This document shows positions 54,201-64,000 of a DNA stretch of 64,000 bases, one piece after another. How positions within the stretch are numbered: the first letter of the stretch is position 1; every line of letters starts with the position of its first letter. The stretch is from Nageia nagi (lineage: Eukaryota; Plantae; Pinophyta). The notes beneath the pieces are model-generated. The model had not been told where the DNA came from and made no database searches. It worked only from the letters and a program-made list of their open reading frames with translations. A program made the position numbers and the translations under genes. Where the stretch lies: NCBI GenBank assembly GCA_050084985.1, contig JBITNC010000002.1:4526001-4590000 (forward strand), read 5' to 3'.

Positions 54201-56291
54201 ATCCAATATCAATTACAAGGTCCTCTGAAATAACATTTGATTGAGATCCCGTGTCAAAAAGAGCATCATACTTCACCATTTTTTATTGAACCTTCACATG
54301 AAATAGCTCCTCTCGTTGATGTGATGAAGAAAGACTCCTTATTCCAAAGCAAGTAACCTTCTTCTCTCCACCATCACCAACTCTTAGAATGGCAATACTC
54401 TCTTTCTCTATGTGGGTCTTCTTTGTAAATCTCGTAGATTTATGCTCAAGATATAGACTCCAGCATGGATTACGTAGATGGCCCTCCTTTCTACAATGAT
54501 GGCACACTTTTCTTCAAATCCTTCTTTGCAATGGAAGGATTCCCAATCTTTCCTTTCAAGTTATTTTCATTTTTCTTTTCCTTGGAAATACTCTTCCTTG
54601 AACCATGTGCATTGTGCTCTTTCCTTTCACCAGCATGTGATGAAAAAGTAATTAGATTAGAAGTAGACTCATTTTCGTCAACTTGCGAATGGAATTCAGG
54701 TCTCAACTAACTCTTCCATCTCTTTAGCCATTTTCTTCATAAACTACTCCAATTGTGACACCCTTCCTTGAATCTTACCAATTAGGATCCTTTCTGTCAT
54801 CATGGTAGACAAAGCAAACTTGCCAAAAATAAGTTGTCCAAAAATAATAACTTTCTTTTCACCCAACAAGCTAAAATAATGCCCAAATCATGAACTTGCT
54901 CTGATACCACGTGATTCGTAAAGTATGGTAGCCTATGGTTGTTTGAGACTCTTCCCATACGGATTCTACATACTTAAGACTATAAGTGCTTGCAAAAAAT
55001 TTAAGCAACTATAATAATTCAAAATTGCAAATTTTAATGAGTTGAAAAAGATAGTAAACATTACCACAAAAATGAGACCAATATACACTAGAGAAACCCA
55101 ATGTAGGTAAAAAACTCCAACAACAAAATCTCCACTATATGATGACGAGGTGAGTACAATGACCTTCCTCCAAAAGGTTCTCAATGCTGCTGATAGGAAT
55201 AATAATTTGATTTCCACCTTCAATGGACAAATCTTTATGTTCTCACAACTCTAAGCAACAAGAATTCAGATGAGAGTTACACTCACATGAGTTCACAATA
55301 CTCCTCACCTATCTCTTACACTCAAACAACATGGAGATGGAATAACAAAAGCTTACAATGTTCTCTCCTAGAACACTTGCTAATTCCTATCTCTCAAGAG
55401 CATACAAACTTGTCTATGTAATCGCTTCTACAAGCTTACCCAACTCTCCACTCTCTCAGAATTCTTTCTCCAATGCTCTCCATATATGACTCCCTTATGG
55501 CCTCCTTGTATAGTTTTTTGGAGTGCCATAAAATTACAAAACTTCTTCCTTGTGAAAAATTAATACAATGCATATTTTGTGTTTATCTCTAAAAAAATCC
55601 AAAAATACTAAAAAAAACACAAGCTGCAAAAATAATTAATAAACCAAAATACTTCAAACACCCAAATACAGTGCCACAACAATAAATGGATGCCTCCAAT
55701 CACGAGGAAATAAGGTATATTGACTAGTCAAAGAGCTTGAAAAAGGGGGCGCTCCATTTTTAAATGGAATGTGATGTCATAATGACATCATGGTGGCCCC
55801 TCACCTTCCAAACCCACATGCATTTCCTTTTTCTCCTTGTGCACACATTTTTAGGTAATGTGGATCCCATTTGGACCTGCCACATTATCAATGATTGCTG
55901 AAAGTGTACTTTTACCACCATTGTAGCTGTTAATTGGACGTGGCTTCCACTTGGCCAATAAAATGTTTATTTTTTCCTCCGAACCTTCAAAAGCTCATAA
56001 TTTTTTATCCCGGAGTTGTTTTTATGAACTGTAAAAAATGTCAAAAAGCTGAAGATGAGCTCTTCGACATGAAGTAATAATATATGCATTTTAAAATATT
56101 TCAAACTTGATCATTTTTATACCTTTTGATTTTTACCTACATATTCGAAAAGATATAATTTTCAAACTGGAGGTTGAATTCTTGCAAACAAACAATCATT
56201 AGAATCTAGGTGAAAGGACTTCAACATGGAGAGAGAAAACAGATTTCTGAAAGCATTTATTTTTGACAACCCAAAATCCCATTTTGGATCA
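51253..56291 (-). mobile_element. Tandem LTR-int-LTR-int-LTR non-autonomous gypsy element
   Basis: LTRs at 51253-~51435 (deleted), 52137-53516 and 54912-56291. tRNA-Met PBS at 52123-52134 and 54898-54909; PPT reverse complement CTCGCCCCCTC at 53517. Internal relics CHHCRKEGHLRNPCW and YDALFDTGSQ. TSD CCATG/CCACA. Confidence 0.88.
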
Positions 56292-57389
56292 CCACAAGTG
56301 ACCAAAAAGACTAATGGAACTTGAAAGTACAGCTGAAGTAGATAAGAATTAGGAAAAAGACCCTAAAAAGAAAGTTGACTATAACCAGAAAAAAGGTGAG
56401 GAGATAAGGGGAGAAAAAAGCCCAAACCTTAACCTTAAAATTACAAAAGCAAGAGGGGAGGGCCCCTCTAGAAGAAGTGAAAGGAAGAGAATCAAAAGAC
56501 GTCTAAGAGAAGGAGCACAACAACAGGCCATGCTCTATCAAAAACCTAGAGAGTTGTGCGGATCTAGAGGACAATCAACTATGACATCGACTATCATGGA
56601 AGACCTCAAGTAGAAAACAAGAGAAGAGAGCCCTAAGCTAGGAGAAATGGGTTGGGCAATCCCAAGGGGGAATTGAAAGCTACCACTCAAATCACTCCTA
56701 CCATCTAAGGCCAAAGGGCTACTAGTAGCAATGAAAAAGGTGGCAATAATAGATTGCTACATTGTCTCAGCAACAAACACAAGGAGGAGCCCTACTGTTG
56801 GTCGAAAACAAGTCTATGATATCTGGAGTGGGAAGGTTGCTAAGGGCCCTAGGTATTAGTGCAAGATGAAGAGTGTCAGTATACTGACTTTTCATTGTCT
56901 ATGTGGGGATTGAAAGTGTCTCACAGGTGTTTAACACCCCCAAGAGAAACGATGGGTTGAGAGAAGGAAGTTATCAATATGGTAGCTATGGGGGTTATGG
57001 GGGTCCCCTATAAAGATTTGCGTTTAAGAGAGATAGCCTCTCAAATGTAAAGGGCCAAGCATCGCAAGCATCGTTGATCATGACATTGGAAGAAGGTGGA
57101 GAGACAATTGTTGAAGTCTCTAACAAGGCAGTGGAATCTCCCCCGCATCTCGTAGTAGGTAGGGCATATGAAAATAAAGTTATGCTCAAACCCCACTTCC
57201 TGGATGAGGAAAAAGATGTCATATGTGCTCCTCATGTGGAATATGATGGTCAACCTCAATATGAAGCTGGTGGGAACATACTCTCAACTGACAAGAGGTA
57301 TTGTCAACTACCTAAAGAAAGTGGAAAATGGTGCTAAAGATAAACAGGTTGGAAAATGGTATTGTCAACTACCTAAAGAAAGTGGTCGG
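56292..57389 (-). mobile_element. 3' end of an RTEX/CR1-like LINE (ORF2 C-terminal Cys/His motif and 3' UTR)
   Basis: LRVCSHQLHIEVDHHIPHEEHI, then a frameshift, then EVGFEHNFIFICPTYYEMRGRFHCL. The 3' UTR continues left of the tandem LTR element. Confidence 0.65.
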
Positions 57390-58603
57390 TGTTGATGTTT
57401 ATTCGTTTCCTCCCCACAGGAAAGAACACTGCCTTTGAGTGAAGTAGCGTTACTTACCCCCGCTTGAAAGGACTTTAACCCCAAGGTTTCTTTGATATAA
57501 ATGATTTGAACTTTATAATGCAAGAGATGTTGGACAATGGTAGTTTATGGTCGATAGGATCACTCAGGTGGAGGTATCCACTCGGGAAATGGTTAACTCA
57601 CAATTATGCGGGCCTATTGGGATCTGTTTCAATTAATGTCCATGTGATAGTACACAAAAGCAAAAGAATATGATGGAGGGATATAAGGAGGTTTGGCAAT
57701 TGATTGTAAAATAAGTAATAGTCGCTCACCGCTGTGCAAGGTTTGGGGTTTCAACTCTCGGATTTATTAGGAATTTTTCCTCAAATTATCAAGCAAGGGA
57801 GGAAACGACTGAGTCTGAATTGTTCCCAAGCAAGAGCACGAGGCAGTAGTCAGGGTGGACAAAAAGATGGAGTGAATCATTCAGTTATCCTTATCCTAGC
57901 AGATGATTCCAATCAAATGTCATAAGAGCAAAGTAACCCAAAATGCCACAACTTTATGCAAATTACAGAGACAGTCGTTCATACATCTAAGACAGATATT
58001 CAATAATCTTTTCCTAAAGTGTCAAAATCTCAAAGAAAATGCTCGTAATGTATAAATTACACAACAATACGATAAACATGTCATTACGTATTTGCAATTC
58101 CATGAAGTAAGACACTATACTTGCATTAATAACAAAGTTTCCCAAAATGATGGGTCATACATACATGCATTGGAAACCTCAACTCCAAAATGCTATCAAA
58201 AGAGATTTTGCATTCAACTCATGAAGAACTTCTTCCAACAAGCATATAACTTTGCATACATTGAAGAGCTCTCTATAGCATCTATGTTATCATATCCTTT
58301 ATCGCCATCTGTATCATATCATATTCTCCCTATATCAAAAAAATGATCTTGCTAGGGGTACTTATAGCATACAACTCTAATACCATATTGAAAAAGGTAA
58401 ACCATCAACAAAAAGAAATTACGGCTACACAATACCGTTCTAACCTCACATCAATATTTGATCACACAAGATCAGATCACATCATATCACATTAAGTCAC
58501 ATCAAGTCTACTTGCAGCTGTGGAAGCAAAAACTCATATGTCATAGCGCAAGTTTAAAATAATATTCGTCTTAAAACTAATAAAATAAAATATGCATTTT
58601 CCA

Positions 58604-61600
58604 CTATCCCTCTGTGGGACCGATAGCTTCAATACGAGCGGTAGCAAAGACATCCTCAAGAATCCCATGAGACTTATCATCGAAGAAGGCCCTAGCCTTA
58701 GCAATTCCTATGTCAAGTGCGCCTGGCAATTCCTCATCCTTTCTGTTGTGGAAATCAAAAATGAAGTGGGAAGTACACTCCGTTTGAAACTTCCAAATGG
58801 CTAAATTTTGCTGATTTTTAATATGAGTTCCTACCCTCAACAGATTTACATCCTTCGTGAAAATGAGCTGTCGTATGGCATTCTAGACATCTTGGATCAC
58901 AAGCTCAACTCGCCTTGCACTTCCGTCCTCATTGATGAAACTAATTAGCTGCACAAACTGACTCAGCTGAAAAGTTAAAGTGAACAGCAAATTGGCTTTA
59001 GCCTTAGTGAGGTTGGCGCATTCTCTTGCCGCAAAGCTTAGCCAACATAGATGGTAGGCGAGCTCTTGGCAATACTGTATCCGTCCCGCTTGCCCTGCAA
59101 ACATCCTCCTTACGTTCTAAATGGTATGCTCGTGATTCTGAAAATCCTGCAATAACTAGGAATATTCTCTTCTACCTTTTGTTCATCCATGAGGGCAGCC
59201 AATCGAAGTGAAAGTTTGTTAACTACTCTCATCACATCATTGACCATGGTATCTTTGGTCGACATCACGCCAATATTCAATGAGGCTTGCACCTTGACGT
59301 CTTCAATGGACATCTTGGCAACTTCTATCTCCTTCACTAGTTTGCTCTTAGTAGCTAGGTCCTTTTTCAGCTCCTTAATTGTATTCTCCCTTTCAATACC
59401 TTGTTTGATCATCTCATCCACGTTATAATTGATGGCGTGCTTACATCCTGCCCACCCAATTTCCTTGACTTTGAACTCCTTAGTGTGGACCTACACGTCT
59501 TGTAAGTCTTGAGGATGCTTCTTTTTGGAGTAGCATCTATTGATGGTCACCTTGCCCTTCTTCATGAACACAAAGGTAATCTATCTCTTCAATCGGAGAG
59601 TCCTCTAAGGCATTTTCCATCCTTTGGCTAGATTCATCATCATCAGTCCGATAGCTCATCTGGAGATTTTTGATGACTATGTCAATGTCAAAATCATATT
59701 TCTTCTGAGGGCCAAAACTCGACGCAATATTGACCACGATGGTATCTGTATTAGGAGCAAATTCTTTAAGGATCTCCTCAATTCTCAATTGTTGGCTTCT
59801 AATTTCAACTGGTTTCTCTTTGTCCCTTGACGGTTTATGGTTTCCATGATCTTGCTGCTTTCTCTTCTTTCTTTGGTCTTCACTCTTGCCTTTGTATTCT
59901 TCATCTCCTCCAGTTGTAGAAGCTTTGCTCAAATTCGAAGGCTTGCTAGGAGCTGTTCTAGATGCTTCCTTCTTGGGGACGACCTCCTCTTCCTTCTTGG
60001 AGTGGTAGATTCAGAAGAAGCAACCTGCCTCACTAGTACTAATTCAGTTGACAAAGTCACGCTGATCCTCTCCGTTTCTGATTCTTCTTCAATGTCCACA
60101 ATCTAAGTATCTTCAATATCAGATGGTGTGTCTTCATCATCCTCATGTTCCCTTTCCGTTTCTCCTTCTTCTTCTTAACTAGACTCATACGAGCCTGAAG
60201 ATTCAAAGGGTGTCTCAAAATTCGAAGATGAACTAGTGTGATCAGGCTCTTCAAGTTGGTTTGTTGCAGGAGTGTTTCAAGCATTGTCCTCGGTCTCTAC
60301 TTCAATAGGCTCTAGGAATGCATTTTCTACACGATCTTCAGCAAGTGTCATGAGACTTGGGAGAGCTAAGGGATTCTCTTCCCGGACAGACATTATGGGC
60401 ACCATGGGGACATCCTTAGGGATGGCATCTTCAAGTTGTTGGAGTGGAAAATATGGATACCCCATGTTTGTCATGATATCGATGTCCTTAGTGATTTCTC
60501 TGATGATAGAATGGATTTCAGGACCAGTCCCACCCAAAGTGGCATGTTCTCCTATCCATCCTTGGTGTCTCCTCACTCTCAAAGAGGAGGTGGAGGTGAA
60601 TTTCTCATTTGGGGCCATACAAGACTCATTCAAGCTCTAGATTCTTCTGTCAATCCGGCCTTCAGCTGCCAAAACTTGGTGCACTTCCTGAATTTGTTTC
60701 TCTCTCTTATTCTTGTACCTCTCCTTGTCTCCAAGAGGTCTATGCTCATAGGTTACAAGATTTCTGAAAGCTTGTAGAAAAATTGGATCCTTCCTTCAGG
60801 ATCATAATGGAAAGCTGCCTACTCCTCACTGAAGTGATAATAAGACCATTCCACGCTCATCTCCTTGGCCTCCTGCCAAGTAGAACAAGTGTATTCCCCG
60901 ATAGGAATGGGGAGGTTTGTTGTAGCATCTTTCTTCTTCCATAAATTTTCATACAGAAATAACAATTGTCTACAAAACTCCATGAGAATCAACCGATTAC
61001 TGGCATATCTGGGCAAGAGATAAGGCCTAACTTCATAACCATAGACCCGAATGTATGTGTGTGTAGGATCCTCCAAGAAATAATCTACATGCCCCCAGAT
61101 GGCTTCAACTGCAGAATCAGATATCCTCCTCACCATTTGCCTTCTTTTGATCTCCTTGTATATTTGGTATTCCCATCCATCATTTCTCATGGCATAATGA
61201 TCCCATCTAGACTCCAACCACCATTTGGGATAAGCTCTCCATACAAGTTTCTCCGGATTGTTCAAGATTTCCATGTATGCATGGGTTGTTTTCCTATTTT
61301 TACCATGTACGAGGAGGAAGACAAGGTAGGAATTCATGTAGAATCTTTTTGAGGAGTCAATATGAGCTAGTTGGAACAACAGGGAGTCACTTATCACCTT
61401 GCTCCATTTTATCTTTTGTTTGTTTCCAATTACAACAATGAATCCGGTGAATTCCTTCCGAAATTTAAAGTCATCTGCTTTGCCAGTGACCCTAGACAGC
61501 ATACTAATGATTCTTGAAATTATGGAGTAAAAGTTTTGTCTCTTTGCATTGATCAATTTGTTTCCCGTGAACCCCTTGCTCTCATTCTCAAGCCAATCTC

Positions 61601-62019
61601 TGATGAGATCGTCGGCTCGTTGAGATTTCTCATAATAATCCAAAGAGTCCTTCTCAGTATAAATGACTCCTTCGCCACCCCATTTGAAAGCCTCCTCAAT
61701 CCCTTGGGGAGAGAAATCAAGGATCTTCTTGCCTACCTACTTCGTAACAAAGTTCAAGAAAAGGTGTGGCCAATCCAGACGTGCAAATGACATCCTTGAG
61801 GATCTGGTTTTTGTCTAATTCACTAATGGCCTGCAACGTTTGGATAGGATCGGTATGCGATTAATTAGTATCCCAGATATTGGAGAGGTTGTTTTTGAAT
61901 TTGGCTTGTTTAAATGGGTCTTCAAGATTCTCCTTCGCAAATTCGATCTGGCTAGACTCAGTTAGCCTGGCTAGCTGCAGTTCTCGGGTTTTTCCCAACT
62001 TGGAGTTCATCTTCACCAT
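58604..62019 (-). pseudogene. ~1100-codon retrotransposon extra ORF of unknown function, lightly disrupted
   Basis: Consecutive minus-strand ORFs (274, 118, 131, 103 and 78 aa among others) from ATG 62019. Globular N-half (IKWSKVISDSLLFQL...FYMNSYL; TYIRVYG...LLPRY), acidic/basic middle, coiled-coil C-terminus. Confidence 0.7.
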
Positions 62020-62499
62020 TTTGAAACCTACACAAATAGACTAGACTTGATTGACGTTGGATCAACTATATAGGCATGGTGAAGTGATGCAGGAGGTGTA
62101 CGATGCTTGGCAAACCTGTATGCCTTAATGATGGTACATGCAAATGCAAACAGACTAGACAATAAATGTTTACGACAAAAGGTGGTCGGCCTCCTCACAT
62201 GCAACGTTCAAAATATGCCTTAAATGGTAAATGCATGCATACGTCCATTTAGCCACCTTGTGGGACCCAACTTAATGCAAAAATATTCATAAATGCTTGA
62301 GGGACCTTGTCGCACCAAATTCAAACGTTTGATTTCTATCTTGGGCAAAGGATGCGACAAGGAAGGTTGACTTTATAGTACATGAAAAAATGGAAGGACG
62401 ACGTACAATGCAAGTGACTAACTAACTAACTAAAACACACAAGATTACTTTAATGCGTGTATGGGTTGACAAAAACTAAATCTGGCCAATGCAAACTCA

Positions 62500-63470
62500 A
62501 TGGACGCACCACTTTTGAAAGATGGATGTCTATCTTCTTGAAACCATGCGACCACATGCATTTAGGATGACCAATGCAAGGTAAAACTATTGCAAAATTG
62601 AATGACAAATGCCAACATGTTACTGGACGTAATGATGATCAATGCATATGGACTATTTAACTTGATGCAATAAAAAGGGGTGATTGCATGCTTCAAGGAA
62701 GATGAGAATGTAACATAGGAGAATCATGCAACCGTTCTTAAGAGAACAAATGATCTACAATAATGAACTAAGTCCCCTTCCTTTTATAACTATTTGGGTT
62801 GCCAAGTGGCAACGTCTTGATGAAACAATGATAAACTTTCAACAAGTGTCCATTTTCATGCAATAATGTGGTCGCATGCCTCTACAATGATGCAAATGTA
62901 TCTTCCTCAAACCATGCAAACAACATAAGGGAGCCAATGTTCCACACTTAGCAAAAAAATGAGGCTGAAAGGGTGGTAGCATGCTCCTCAAAAGATGCAA
63001 ATGTAACACTTTCAAACAATGCGAACACCTTGGAAATACTTGTGGCTAAGTACCTAGCTGATTTTTGGAGGCTGAAACACAAATATGAGGTGGTCGCCCC
63101 TTTTCATAAAGATGAAATTGTAACTTTCTCAAACCATGCGACCACCTTTAGATGCACTACGTTGGACCAGCTAAGACAAAAATGAGCATCCTTCCCCCTT
63201 TTATAACAACTTATCCTACCAAGTGTCTCTAGCCGAGTGGCCAAAATGAAGGCCCAATGGAGTCAAAGTGACTTCATGGTGCACGTCCAACGTCCAAGTA
63301 AGGGTGGTTGCACCCTTTTCGAAAGATAGAAATGCACCTTTTCTAAACCATGCGAACACCTTTTTAAAACACTTACCTAATTCTCAAGCTCCAAAACTGA
63401 ATTGAGGGGGATGGTCGCACTATTTCCACAAGATGGAGATGTAACTTTTCTAAACCATGCGACGACCTTG
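62500..63470. repeat. Degenerate repeats of AAACCATGCGACC and its inverse GGTCGCA
   Basis: Forward copies near 62541, 62909, 63131, 63345 and 63452; inverse copies near 62870, 63092, 63306 and 63413. Confidence 0.65.
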
Positions 63471-64000
63471 AGGGGGTTGAAATGAAGTATGACTTAATCG
63501 TTTCACCTCCCTTCTTGAGCTTTTATAGGCCTTTTGGGGATGTCGTGTGTCAATGAAAGGAGTGACCATTTTAGGATGAGTGATGCAGATTATGGTCACA
63601 CTTTCTAAGACAAATGAAAATGAATCTTTCCTTAGCCTTGCAAAAATCACTTTAATGTGCAATCTTGATGACTTTGCCCGTTTTTCGAACATGATTGAAC
63701 TCCCTTGGATGCTTGCATCTCTTTGTTCTTAGCTCTATGAATGGATACTTAGAAAGTATTTCATTTGTTGTAAGCAAGTATTCTAAGTGCATTTTAAAGT
63801 TGCACTTCGGGCTTTTCTGATTAACTTATTTCTCCATCATGTTCCGGAAATGCTTTTTTCCACATCAGAACCTTCTCGACTCCGTTCTTTGACTGAGGGT
63901 CCCCAAATTTTGAAAAAAAATGAGGGGCATGTTGCTTCGTCAACACTTTGCATAACAAGTTCGTAGGGAAAGGACAATGGGGACGTGGGAAGTGGAAAGT

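Larger units (their letters stand above)
57390..64000 (-). mobile_element. Younger gypsy-type LTR retrotransposon: 3' LTR, extra ORF and spacer; continues beyond the window
   Basis: TGTTGATG at 57390 with inverted CATCAACA ending at 58410 (putative LTR; no clear PPT found). Higher GC and CpG content; long minus-strand ORF relic; repetitive spacer. Confidence 0.65.

Noticed and set aside
52191-55223. Duplicated small ORFs MKVE(V/I)(R/K)LLFLS
   Set aside because: Both lie within LTR copies, so their similarity reflects the LTR repeat rather than a gene pair.
58592-61790. Plus-strand ORFs (128, 122, 113, 89 aa and others)
   Set aside because: They are antisense shadows of the minus-strand extra ORF and show no independent motifs.

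Overview
AT-rich plant genomic DNA, most likely a conifer or other gymnosperm (inferred from the repeat types and from heavy CpG/CHG C>T decay). It is almost entirely nested, decayed transposons. The only host gene evidence is the last coding exon of a plant sacsin-like gene (C3HC4 RING, minus strand, 48041-48238). Its upstream intron appears to run past the window end (>15.7 kb) and is full of TEs. Left of the gene is a 29.3-kb CACTA element (9380-38701, TAT TSD). It holds an Athila-like LTR element whose 3' LTR is interrupted by an LTR-like segment. That segment contains a Penelope-like (Dryad-type) RT+GIY-YIG element in partial-tandem form with a 14-bp TSD, itself split by another LTR element. 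Each Penelope pseudo-LTR carries a decayed minimal type I hammerhead ribozyme, and the two copies together let the ancestral core be largely rebuilt. Also present: a 990-bp TIR element with an unusual 4-bp TTAT TSD, gag-only Tat/Ogre-like elements, L1 and RTEX-like LINE relics, a deleted copia, a hAT MITE, a solo LTR, a three-LTR tandem non-autonomous element, and a younger LTR element with a long uncharacterised 3' extra ORF. All calls were made by eye, without database searches.
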